Part shown: positions 1-8,939 of the stretch, in pieces
Numbering within the stretch: the first letter of the stretch is position 1
How the letters are laid out: the number at the start of each line of letters is the position of its first letter
Source: an uncultured Acidobacteriota bacterium
GTDB lineage: Bacteria; Acidobacteriota; JAQAZP01
Direction of reading: 5' to 3'
DNA: 64,000 nucleotides
Assembly: GCA_963836075.1 (NCBI GenBank)
Contig: CAWIIB010000008.1
Span: forward strand, 160,001 to 224,000
The notes under the pieces: generated by a model
Database searches by the model: none
Told to the model about the DNA's origin: nothing
What the model saw: only the letters and a program-made list of their open reading frames with translations
Program-made: the position numbers and the translations under genes

Positions 1-881
1 TGGCCGAGACCATGCACGCCGGGGGCGGATATGCGTTGTTCGACTACGCCGCTGCGGCGCCCTACGTGAACATCGACATGCACCCCGGTGGCAACGAGGC
101 CCGGCGCAAGGATGCACTGTTCATCTCCACCCACAAGTTCGCCGGCGGCCCGCAGACACCGGGCATCCTGGTGGCCAACAAGGGGCTGTTCACCAGCTCG
201 GTGCCGGTGGAGCCCGGGGGCGGCACGGTGCTCTACACCTCGCAGTGGGACCACCGCTACCTCAGTGACATCCAGATTCGCGAGGGCGGAGGCACGCCGC
301 CGATCATTCAGATCATTCGCGCCGGGCTGGTCTTTCAACTGAAAGACCGCATCGGTGAGGATCTGCTGATGGCCGCGGAGCACGAACTGGTGGCCATCGC
401 CAAAGAACGCATCCTGGCCAACCCGGCGCTGACCCTGCTGGGCAATCCCGAACTGGAGCGGCTGGGGGTCTTCTCCATCATCTTTCACGGGGGCCGGCTG
501 CATTACAATCTGGCGGTGCGGCTGCTCAACGACCGCTTCGGGATCCAGGTGCGGGCCGGGTGCATGTGCGCCGGCACGTACGGTCACGAACTGCTGGGCA
601 TCGAGCAGGAGATGTCCGAGACCATCCGTTGCGCCCTGGACGGCGGGGAGCTAAGGGCCAAACCGGGCTGGGTGCGGATTTCCCTCTCGCCGGCCACCAG
701 CCGCGAGGACCTGGACACCCTGCTGGACGCGGTGGATCAGATCGCCGGGGACTGGGAGCAGCACGCGGACAACTATTCCCAGGACGAGGCGGGTGAATAT
801 CATTGGGCGGGCGACGACTTCAGCGAGGTTTTCGAGCCGCTTTCCCTGCCTGCCGGCAGTGGATTTCCCGCCGGGGATTGA
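1..881 (+). CDS. PLP-dependent class V aminotransferase / cysteine desulfurase-like protein (5' truncated by window)
   Basis: DYAAAAPY, PLP-lysine motif STHKFAGGPQTPG, RAGCMCAG and PGWVRIS; the frame is open to the window edge. Confidence 0.85.
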   Translation, partial: AETMHAGGGYALFDYAAAAPYVNIDMHPGGNEARRKDALFISTHKFAGGPQTPGILVANKGLFTSSVPVEPGGGTVLYTSQWDHRYLSDIQIREGGGTPPIIQIIRAGLVFQLKDRIGEDLLMAAEHELVAIAKERILANPALTLLGNPELERLGVFSIIFHGGRLHYNLAVRLLNDRFGIQVRAGCMCAGTYGHELLGIEQEMSETIRCALDGGELRAKPGWVRISLSPATSREDLDTLLDAVDQIAGDWEQHADNYSQDEAGEYHWAGDDFSEVFEPLSLPAGSGFPAGD

Positions 882-908
882 GAGCCGGAGTCCTGACCGC
901 CTGTTGCT

Positions 909-937
909 TGGACAATCGGCCGGCCGCCGTTTATAAT
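909..937 (+). promoter_or_regulatory. sigma70-like promoter of murA
   Basis: TGGACA-17 bp-TATAAT, ending 43 bp before the murA ATG. Confidence 0.55.
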
Positions 938-980
938 CCGCATCTCATTTCTTCATAAAACGATCCGGAAAGGGCGATCC

Positions 981-2240
981 ATGGACAAGCTGCTGATCAG
1001 GGGCGGGAAGAAACTGAACGGGACGGTCTCCGTCTCCGGGGCCAAGAACGCCCTGTTGCCGGCCATGGCTGCTTCGCTGCTCACCGACCAGGCCGTGGTG
1101 CTGCGCAACGTTTCCACCGTCCGTGACGTGCGGACCATGATCCGCCTGCTGGAGATGCTGGGCAAGACGGTGAAGTGGATCGATCAGGAATCGGCCATTT
1201 CCATCAGCAACGGCGGGGACACCGGCACCGGTGAGGTGCCCTACGACCTGGTGAAGACCATGCGCGCCTCGGTGCTCTGCCTGGGGCCGCTGCTGGCCCG
1301 GCGGGGCAGCGCCCGGGTCTCGCTCCCCGGCGGCTGCGCCATTGGCGCCCGGCCGGTGGACCTGCACCTCTACGGCCTGGGCAAGATGGGCGCCAGGGTG
1401 GCCATCGACCAGGGCTACATCGAGACTTCGGCTCCGCAGCTCTTCGGCACCGAGATCTTTCTCGACAAACCGACGGTCACCGGCACCGAGAACCTGCTGA
1501 TGGCCGCCTCCCTGGCCGACGGGGTCACCGTGATCCGCAACGCGGCGCGGGAGCCGGAGATCTCCGACCTGGTGCGGCTGCTGGGGACCATGGGCTGCCG
1601 CATCGAGGGGGAGGGGACCGCCACCCTCACCATCGAGGGGGTGAAAGTACTGGGCGGCGCCGATCACCCGGTGATCCCCGACCGGATCGAGGCCGCCACC
1701 TATGTCATCGCCGGGGCCGTGGCCGGCGGCACGGTGCGGGTGGAGGGCTGCGGGCCCCAGCTGTTGCCCGCCCTGCTCGGTACGCTGGAGAACGCCGGGG
1801 TGGCGCTGGAGATCGGCGAGACGGCCATCACCGTCACCGGCGGCAAGGAACTGGTTGCCCGGGACATGGAGACCAGCCCCTTTCCCGGCTTCCCCACCGA
1901 TGTCCAGGCCCAGTACATGGCCCTGATGACCCAGGCCAAAGGCACCAGCGTGATTGCCGAGCAGGTTTTCGAGAACCGCTTCATGCACGTGGCCGAACTT
2001 CGCCGCCTGGGGGCCAGCATTCGGGACAGCGGACGCACCGCGGTGGTGGAGGGGCCCACAGAGCTCAATGGCGCCCAGGTGATGGCCACCGACATTCGGG
2101 CCAGCGCGTCCCTGGTGGTGGCCGGGCTGGCCGCCACCGGTGAGACGCTGATCGACCGCATCTACCACCTGGACCGCGGTTACGAGAAACTGGAAGAGAA
2201 GCTCGGCGCTCTGGGCGCCGATATCGAGCGGATCACCTGA
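981..2240 (+). CDS. murA: UDP-N-acetylglucosamine 1-carboxyvinyltransferase
   Basis: SGAKNA, LPGGCAIGARPVDLH (catalytic Cys), PGFPTDVQAQ, FENRFMH, HLDRGYE. Confidence 0.98.
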   Translation: MDKLLIRGGKKLNGTVSVSGAKNALLPAMAASLLTDQAVVLRNVSTVRDVRTMIRLLEMLGKTVKWIDQESAISISNGGDTGTGEVPYDLVKTMRASVLCLGPLLARRGSARVSLPGGCAIGARPVDLHLYGLGKMGARVAIDQGYIETSAPQLFGTEIFLDKPTVTGTENLLMAASLADGVTVIRNAAREPEISDLVRLLGTMGCRIEGEGTATLTIEGVKVLGGADHPVIPDRIEAATYVIAGAVAGGTVRVEGCGPQLLPALLGTLENAGVALEIGETAITVTGGKELVARDMETSPFPGFPTDVQAQYMALMTQAKGTSVIAEQVFENRFMHVAELRRLGASIRDSGRTAVVEGPTELNGAQVMATDIRASASLVVAGLAATGETLIDRIYHLDRGYEKLEEKLGALGADIERIT

Positions 2241-2263
2241 CTCCGAGGGGAGGGAGAAACGCC

Positions 2264-2611
2264 ATGTCCTCTGACTGCCTGTTCTGCAAGATCGTCGCCG
2301 GGGAGATCCCGGCCAACGTGGTCTACCGGGACGACCATCTGCTGGCCTTCGAGGACATCAATCCCCAGGCACCCACCCACATCCTGATTATCCCCCTCGA
2401 GCACATGGCCACCCTCGACGAGCTGGACCAGAGCAAGGAGGCCATCGCCGGCAAGATCCTGGTGGCGGCGCGGAACATCGCCCGGAAAAAGGGGCTGGAT
2501 GACCGTGGCTACCGCCTGGTGGCCAACTGCCTCGAGTCGGCGGGACAGACCGTCTTCCACATCCACTTCCACCTGCTCGGCGGCAGGAACCTCGGCTGGC
2601 CTCCGGGCTAG
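2264..2611 (+). CDS. Histidine triad (HIT) nucleotide-binding protein, HinT-like
   Basis: CLFCKI, AFEDINPQAPTH, FHIHFHLLGG, C-terminal WPPG. Confidence 0.95.
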   Translation: MSSDCLFCKIVAGEIPANVVYRDDHLLAFEDINPQAPTHILIIPLEHMATLDELDQSKEAIAGKILVAARNIARKKGLDDRGYRLVANCLESAGQTVFHIHFHLLGGRNLGWPPG

Positions 2612-2640
2612 CGCCACCGTCTCTCATCACGAGGTGCCCG

Positions 2641-3273
2641 ATGAACAAGCGGGGTATGGTCCTTTTTTCCGTCATTCTGCTGTCGCTGCTCTCAACCCCG
2701 GGGACGAGTGCCGACAACAGGACGCAGCACTATTTCAGGGCCTGTCTCGTAGCCATCCACACGCTGCTGCCCGGGCCCGTTCCTCGCAGTGCCATGGCCG
2801 GAGGAATGGTGTCGCTGATCGATGCGGCTGACAACAGGGGATCAAAGGACGGCTTCAGCGCCCAGCTCTGGCTGGTCCCCGACTCGGAACTGTTTTTCGA
2901 GAGGATGCAACAGTCGGATGCTCCCCTGGTCCCGCCGTCGGGTCACGCCGTTCGCGGCAGGCCCCTGGAAACCGCGGTCCTTTTCCAGAACCCGCTGGCC
3001 GGAGATGAAGGAAAGCTCGATGTGACCTATGACATCGTGGTGTGGCGGCCCGACGGCTCACTCTACGGCAGGGTCCCCGATCTTGCGGGGGTGGACGAGG
3101 GGGACAGAGCGGCACCGCTGCAGCCCGGGGCCCTCCGGCTGGGCGATGGCCTGATCCAGATCGTCATCGAGCCCCATGATCCGGGCGGCTTCTACCGGGT
3201 GCAGGCGACGGTGACGGACAACAACCGCCAGCTGAGCCTGGAATTGAACGAGTGGTTCGTGATTGATGAGTAG
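2641..3273 (+). CDS. Hypothetical secreted protein
   Basis: N-terminal signal peptide (MNKRG + hydrophobic run), GAGGTG RBS, beta-strand-rich body. Confidence 0.7.
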   Translation: MNKRGMVLFSVILLSLLSTPGTSADNRTQHYFRACLVAIHTLLPGPVPRSAMAGGMVSLIDAADNRGSKDGFSAQLWLVPDSELFFERMQQSDAPLVPPSGHAVRGRPLETAVLFQNPLAGDEGKLDVTYDIVVWRPDGSLYGRVPDLAGVDEGDRAAPLQPGALRLGDGLIQIVIEPHDPGGFYRVQATVTDNNRQLSLELNEWFVIDE

Positions 3274-3307
3274 CGGCCGCCGGGCTGGGCATTGCCTCAA
3301 AAAACAC

Positions 3308-3337
3308 TTGCATTGGGGCTGGGAAAGCACATATAAT
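3308..3337 (+). promoter_or_regulatory. sigma70-like promoter of ferredoxin
   Basis: TTGCAT-18 bp-TATAAT. Confidence 0.5.
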
Positions 3338-3452
3338 TCCGGGTCTTTTGTGGTATTGAGCTTTAACGCCATATGTTTTCAATGATTTAGGTGGCCTTTG
3401 CCGGCAGGGATCGTGACGGCGGGCCTTCAGATCAGGTGCGGAGGATTTCCCA

Positions 3453-3626
3453 ATGGCACACGTCATCACCGAAGAATGTATCGCCTGTGCGGCCTGCGAG
3501 GCCGAGTGCCCGGAAGAGGCCATCAGCGAAGGCGATCCCATATTCGTCATCAACGCCGAACAGTGCACCGACTGCGGCGCCTGCGCCGAAGTCTGCCCGG
3601 TGGAGTGCATAACCGCTCCCCAGTAG
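3453..3626 (+). CDS. 2x[4Fe-4S] ferredoxin (57 aa, absent from ORF track)
   Basis: Manual translation MAHVITEECIACAACEAECPEEAISEGDPIFVINAEQCTDCGACAEVCPVECITAPQ has two CxxCxxCxxxCP motifs; GGAGG RBS. Confidence 0.95.
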   Translation: MAHVITEECIACAACEAECPEEAISEGDPIFVINAEQCTDCGACAEVCPVECITAPQ

Positions 3627-3650
3627 GCGCCGTTCCCATGGCGGGAATGA

Positions 3651-3683
3651 AAAGGCAGGGTGGGAAGTCGCCCTGCCTTTCTT
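3651..3683 (+). terminator. Intrinsic terminator after ferredoxin
   Basis: AAAGGCAGGGTG-loop-CGCCCTGCCTTT followed by CTT. Confidence 0.7.
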
Positions 3684-3962
3684 GCGTACCGCCACCTGTT
3701 CCACCGCATCATTCCGCAATTCCTCTCATTTGCCCGGAAAGTGTACACTCCTGTAACCAAAGTCAACTTCTTGTCGATCCAGTCCCTCCGCGTCACTTTT
3801 CCGGCACCCTCGCTGCCACCCCTTAGTCTTTGTAATAAAACCACTTGAACGAATGCGGTTTTTTCACCGCCGCTGGCATCGTCGTTGCTCTGTCCCAAGG
3901 TTCGGGTTTTGAAATTGAATGCCGGGGGTTCGCATGAGGACCCGTGCATGAGGGGGCCGGCG

Positions 3963-4682
3963 ATGTTTAGACTTTTCTGGAACAGAATGCGGTGTACCGA
4001 TTGCGGTGTCTGTGCGGACGGCTGCCTTCGCGACTGCATCAGCCGCAGTACGGGCGGGACCATGATCGGCGGCGGCCATGCCTGCGCCGGCTGTGGTTTT
4101 TGTGTTGAGGGATGTCCGGGCGGCGCTTTGCGGCTGGTCTGGGACCGGTCGGCCGTCGATTCCTCCATCGTGCCGGAAGAAGAGGACTTCTATCCCGAAA
4201 TCCCTTACTTCCTCAAGGAGTTGATGCAGCTGGGGCGGCCCGGCAAGGTGCGGGCCACCATGTTCGACTGCATCAGCCTGCTTCCCCCCGACGAGGAGGC
4301 GCGCCAGGCCGTGCGCCAGGTGGTCTTTCGCGACCGCTTCGACGAACACCGGCCGTTCATGTATGCCACCGAAGAGATGCGTCGCTATTCGCTGACCAGC
4401 ACCGGCGACTTCAGCGGTGTCTGTCACACCGCGCCCGGTTCCGTGACCCACAGGGTCCAGGCGGAGAGCCGGCACTGCATCCCCGACGGCGAAAGCTCCG
4501 GCAGCTGTGCCGGCCCGGACTGCCGGGACTGTCTGCTCTGCAAGGCCGCTCTGGAAGAGGGGGTGGACGGTGCCTGTCTCGGCGGCAGTGAATGGTCCTC
4601 CGCCCCGGACGACGGGTTCGAGAACTGCCCGCTGACCCTCGCCCGCTGTCCCTATCTCAAGCAGGAACCCCAGTCGGCCTGA
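3963..4682 (+). CDS. 4Fe-4S dicluster protein with Cys-rich C-terminal extension
   Basis: CTDCGVCADGC and CAGCGFCVEGCP motifs; further Cys clusters at the C-terminus; start inferred at MFRLF. Confidence 0.7.
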   Translation: MFRLFWNRMRCTDCGVCADGCLRDCISRSTGGTMIGGGHACAGCGFCVEGCPGGALRLVWDRSAVDSSIVPEEEDFYPEIPYFLKELMQLGRPGKVRATMFDCISLLPPDEEARQAVRQVVFRDRFDEHRPFMYATEEMRRYSLTSTGDFSGVCHTAPGSVTHRVQAESRHCIPDGESSGSCAGPDCRDCLLCKAALEEGVDGACLGGSEWSSAPDDGFENCPLTLARCPYLKQEPQSA

Positions 4683-4780
4683 GCTCTTTTTCCCCAACCG
4701 TCAGTTGATCCGCTGCCGGGTCCACCTGTGCTACAATCCTCGCTCGCCGGACAGCCGGCGCACCGCAAGCGGGGGACCCC

Positions 4781-7351
4781 ATGGACCGAACGTATGCCGA
4801 AAAATACCAGGAACTGCTGACCCGGGTGGAGAAACCGGCCCGCTATGTGGCCGGCGAGCAGGGCGCTCCCCGCGACCCGCGGCCCCTGCCGGACCAGGTG
4901 CGGGTGGCGCTGGTCTTCCCCGACACCTACGAGATCGGCATGTCGCACCTCGGGCTGCGCGTCCTGCGCCACGTGCTGGAACAGCGGGACGGCGTCTTCG
5001 TCGATATCGTCTTCTCCCCCTGGACCGACATGGAGCGGGAGATGCGCGCCGCCTCCGTTCCCCTGCTGGGCCACTTCAGCCGGATCCCGGTTCGGGAGTT
5101 CGACCTGGTGGGCTTTTCGCTGCAGAGCGAGCTGACCTACACCACGGTGCTCAACCTGATCGATCTGGCCGGGCTGCCGCTGCACGCCGCGGAGCGCGGC
5201 CCGGACGGGCCGGTGGTGATGGCCGGCGGCCCCAGCGCCTGGAACCCCGAGCCGCTGGCCGACTTCATCGACCTCTTCTTCATCGGCGACGGTGAGGAGG
5301 GGCTGCCCCAGCTGGCCGATCTTGCCCGGTCCCTCGGGCCGGTGCGCCAGGGCCGCCGCAATGATTTCCTGGAGGCGGCCGTATCGGTGACCGGTGTCTA
5401 TGTCCCTGCGGTCCCTTCCCCGGACGGTGTGCGGCGCCGCCTGCTGACCACGCTGTCGCCGACGCACATCCCCGACCGGCCGCTGGTTCCGCTCACCGGC
5501 ATCTCCCAGGACCGCCTGACCCTGGAGATCATGCGCGGCTGCAGCCGCGGCTGCCGCTTCTGCGGTGCCGGCTACATCTACCGCCCGGTGCGCGAGCGCG
5601 ACCCGGACCAGCTGGTGGAGGCGGCCCAGAGGGGCATCGAAGCCAGCGGCTGGGAGGAGGTGGGCCTGGTCTCGCTCTCCAGCTCGGACCACAGCCGGAT
5701 CGAGGAACTGATCTCCACGCTGAACAGCCGGATGGCCTGCCGCCGGGTATCGGTGTCGCTCCCCTCGCTGCGCGCCGACAAGTTCAGCCCCCGGCTGGCC
5801 CGGCTGGTCAAGGCGGTGCGCAAGAGCGGCTTCACTTTTGCCCCCGAGGCGGGCACCGAGCGGCTGCGGCGGGTGATCAACAAGAACCTCAGCCGCGAAC
5901 AGCTGCTGGAAACGGTGGCCACGGTCTACGCCGAGGGCTGGCAGCTGGTGAAGCTCTACTTCATGATCGGGCTGCCCGGGGAGCGGGAGGAGGACCTGGA
6001 GGGCATCATCGATCTGGCCCAGGAGGTCTCGCGTCTGGGGCGCCGGGGCAAGGGCCGGCCGGGGCGGGCCAATATCAGCCTCTCACCGTTCGTGCCCAAG
6101 CCGCACACCCCGTTCCAGTGGGCGGCCTTCGGGCCGGTGGACCAGCTGAACCGCCATCTCTCCCGGCTGCGCGAGCGGTTGTCGCGGATCCCCGGCATCT
6201 CGGTGAAGTGGCACGAGCCGGACCTGGCCCTGATCGAGGCGGTGCTGGCCCGCGGGGGCCGCAACACCGGACGGGCCCTGGAACTGGCCTGGCGCAAGGG
6301 GCTCAAGCTGGAGAGCTGGAGCGAGAACTGTTCGCCGGCAGTCTGGGCCGAGGCATTTGCCGAGGCCGGCATCGACCCGCAGCGGGAAACCGCCGAGCGG
6401 GACCCGGAGGACCCGCTGCCCTGGGATTTCATCAACACCGGGCTGCGGCGGTCGTTCCTGGTCAAGGAGTGGCAGCGGGCGCTGGCCGAGGAAACCACTC
6501 CGGACTGCCGCACCGAGGGCTGCACCGGCTGCGGGCTGGGCAAGGACGAGTGCGATTTCCTGCGCCGCGAGACGGAAGGGCCGGGGCCCGCGGTGGAAAC
6601 CGGCGGAGTCGCGGCCGGAGAGGCTGCGCTGCCCGCGGCGTGGAAGACGCCGGAAGACAGCCAGGTCGACCCGCTGCTCTACCGCTTCACTTTCAGCAAG
6701 GAAGGACCGGCGGTGCTCATCTCGCACCTCGACCTGGTGCGCGCCTTCGAGCGGGGGGTGCGAGCCGCGGGTCTGCGCCCCGACTACTCGAAGGGTTTTT
6801 CACCCCGGCCGCGGTTTTCCTACGGGCCGCCGTTGCCCCTGGGCCACTGCGGACTGGCCGAATTCTTCGAAGGCCGTTTTGTCGAGCCGCTGGACCCGGA
6901 GGTCCACCGGCGGGCGATCAACCAGGCCCTGCCCGAAGGGCTGCGGGTGACCGCCGTGGAACGTCTTCCCGGGCGCGGGGTGTCGCTCTTCGGCAAGCTG
7001 GTCAGCGCCGACTACCGGGTAGCCTTCCCGCCGACGGGAGAAGAGGGGCTGCCGCTGCGCAGCGTCGACGAGGTGACCGGTGCGCTGGAGCGTTTCGCCC
7101 GGCGGGACACCTGGCCGGCCCGGTCGGTGGGCAAGTCGGGCAAGCCGCGTGAGGTGGACCTGATTCAGGACGTGCTGCATCTGGAACAGCTGGGCGACGG
7201 GACCACGGACCTGCTTTTCCGGTTGCGGCTCAGCACCGGGGAGACAGCGGTGGCCGGCTGGCGGCTGGCGCTAAGCGAGATTTTCGGTCTTCAACCGGCC
7301 GAGGTGAACCGGCTGCGGATCACCCGCACCGGGTTCGGAACCCGCGGTTGA
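4781..7351 (+). CDS. B12-binding radical SAM (TIGR03960-like) fused to radical SAM-linked domain (TIGR03936-like)
   Basis: VEKPARY, FPDTYEIGMSHLG, RGCSRGCRFC, TFAPEAG, FVPKPHTPFQW; second domain ISHLDLVRAFERG...YSKGFSPRPR. Confidence 0.9.
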   Translation: MDRTYAEKYQELLTRVEKPARYVAGEQGAPRDPRPLPDQVRVALVFPDTYEIGMSHLGLRVLRHVLEQRDGVFVDIVFSPWTDMEREMRAASVPLLGHFSRIPVREFDLVGFSLQSELTYTTVLNLIDLAGLPLHAAERGPDGPVVMAGGPSAWNPEPLADFIDLFFIGDGEEGLPQLADLARSLGPVRQGRRNDFLEAAVSVTGVYVPAVPSPDGVRRRLLTTLSPTHIPDRPLVPLTGISQDRLTLEIMRGCSRGCRFCGAGYIYRPVRERDPDQLVEAAQRGIEASGWEEVGLVSLSSSDHSRIEELISTLNSRMACRRVSVSLPSLRADKFSPRLARLVKAVRKSGFTFAPEAGTERLRRVINKNLSREQLLETVATVYAEGWQLVKLYFMIGLPGEREEDLEGIIDLAQEVSRLGRRGKGRPGRANISLSPFVPKPHTPFQWAAFGPVDQLNRHLSRLRERLSRIPGISVKWHEPDLALIEAVLARGGRNTGRALELAWRKGLKLESWSENCSPAVWAEAFAEAGIDPQRETAERDPEDPLPWDFINTGLRRSFLVKEWQRALAEETTPDCRTEGCTGCGLGKDECDFLRRETEGPGPAVETGGVAAGEAALPAAWKTPEDSQVDPLLYRFTFSKEGPAVLISHLDLVRAFERGVRAAGLRPDYSKGFSPRPRFSYGPPLPLGHCGLAEFFEGRFVEPLDPEVHRRAINQALPEGLRVTAVERLPGRGVSLFGKLVSADYRVAFPPTGEEGLPLRSVDEVTGALERFARRDTWPARSVGKSGKPREVDLIQDVLHLEQLGDGTTDLLFRLRLSTGETAVAGWRLALSEIFGLQPAEVNRLRITRTGFGTRG

Positions 7352-7373
7352 AGCGGGTTTCAGGAGGTGTGTC

Positions 7374-7607
7374 ATGCGCGGATACCCTGGATATCCCCAG
7401 GGACAGCCGGGACGGCAATTCGATGACTTCGAGGCGTCCCGACTTTTCTGTCCCACATGCCGGGAGGCGCAGCCGGTCCGCCGCCGCTTGCTGCTGGTCC
7501 TTCCCGGCGGCGATCTCTACGACTACACCTGCCGGGTCTGCGGAACCTCGGTGGGGTCGCAGAAAAACACCCAGCCGCCTCCCGAGATCCAGGTGGTTCC
7601 CGACTGA
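7374..7607 (+). CDS. Small zinc-ribbon protein
   Basis: CPTC and CRVCG motifs; AGGAGG RBS. Confidence 0.75.
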   Translation: MRGYPGYPQGQPGRQFDDFEASRLFCPTCREAQPVRRRLLLVLPGGDLYDYTCRVCGTSVGSQKNTQPPPEIQVVPD

Positions 7608-7763
7608 CCGTCCCGCGCAGCGCCGCCCCACCCGCCTGTCTGGCCACCGCATCTCCGCGGCCGGTTTTCCCGGCCAATTTCCTGTTTAATGTCGCCGCCC
7701 ATGTTGCCGATTCATAAGGGGACTCTGCTGGTATGTTCGGCAGTGATCTGGAGAGGATTGATA

Positions 7764-8291
7764 ATGGGTGAGAAGAGAGCCGCATCCGTACCCACGGCGA
7801 TACCGCTTGACGTGATTGCGCCGTCGGGCGTGCTCGGCGTGCTCGACGACCTTTCGAGCATGATCCTCGGCCAGATGGCCACCGACCGCAAACTCCGGGC
7901 GATCCTCGAGACGCTCAGCGAACACATCGACGTGGACGGTGCGCGGTTCGTTCTCAATTGCCGGCTGGCCCGGGAGAGCTACTCCGCGGTTCCTTCGGCC
8001 CGCCGGCGGGGCCAGGACCTGGATGCGGTGCTGAAGGAATATCCGGCAATCCTCGACTCGCTGACCAGGGGTACCGGCACCGTGGTGGAGAACGGGGGCA
8101 CCCTCGGCCGCTCTGACACGCACGGCAACGGCGGTTCGTCACTCTGTGTGCCGGTCTGTCGTAACGGGGGCATTGTGGGACTGCTCTGTGTCTCCACCTC
8201 GCGGGGACGGGGAAGCTTCAGCCCCTGGGAAGTGGACTTCTGCTCCATTCTGGCCAACATGGCCGGAGCCGCGCTCACCGCCGCATCCTGA
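7764..8291 (+). CDS. Stand-alone GAF-domain protein
   Basis: SSLCVPVCRNGGIVGLLCVS...FSPWEVDFCSILANMAGAAL GAF signature. Confidence 0.7.
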   Translation: MGEKRAASVPTAIPLDVIAPSGVLGVLDDLSSMILGQMATDRKLRAILETLSEHIDVDGARFVLNCRLARESYSAVPSARRRGQDLDAVLKEYPAILDSLTRGTGTVVENGGTLGRSDTHGNGGSSLCVPVCRNGGIVGLLCVSTSRGRGSFSPWEVDFCSILANMAGAALTAAS

Positions 8292-8294
8292 GCC

Positions 8295-8939
8295 TCACTT
8301 TTCCACGAACAGATCGGGCAGCTCTTCACGCACCATGGACAGGACGGCATCCTGCACGTCCGGCTGCGGCCGGTCAGCGTCGATGCGGTGGAACCAGGGC
8401 CGCCGGAGCTGGAGGAAGAGCCGGCGAACCTGCTCCAGGTAGGCTTCCTTCTCGAAGGCCGAGCGCTGCCCCCCCCGGCCCAGTCTGATCCGCTCCAGGG
8501 AGGTGGATACCGGCAGGTCGAGGAGCAGGGCCAGGTCGGGCTGGGGGGCGAAGGACTCGTTCTCGGACAGGATCGACTCGGGGTCCATGCCCAGTGCGCC
8601 CTGGTAGGCGGCGGTGGAGAGGTAGTAGCGGTCCAGAACCACCACTCGCCCGGCCTCCAGGTCGGGCCGGATACCGGAAGCCACGTGCTGGCGGCGGTCC
8701 TCGATGAACAGCGCCGTTTCGGCCTCGGGGGCGATGCCCTTGCGCCCTTCGCTGATGATCCGCCGCAGCTCCTGTCCCGCCGGGCCGTCGGTGGGCTCGC
8801 GGCGGAGCACGGTGCTGTTTCCGGCGTCCGTCAACCGCCGGGCCAGCCAGGCGGCAAGGCTCGATTTCCCCGAGCCGTCGATCCCTTCGAGGACGATCAG
8901 CCGGCCGCCACCCGCCGGCCGGCTCTCTTCGGGCATCAC
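8295..8939 (-). CDS. tmk: Thymidylate kinase
   Basis: VLEGIDGSGKSS P-loop, REPT, LDRYYLSTAAYQG. Confidence 0.95.
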   Translation of the reverse strand: MMPEESRPAGGGRLIVLEGIDGSGKSSLAAWLARRLTDAGNSTVLRREPTDGPAGQELRRIISEGRKGIAPEAETALFIEDRRQHVASGIRPDLEAGRVVVLDRYYLSTAAYQGALGMDPESILSENESFAPQPDLALLLDLPVSTSLERIRLGRGGQRSAFEKEAYLEQVRRLFLQLRRPWFHRIDADRPQPDVQDAVLSMVREELPDLFVEK

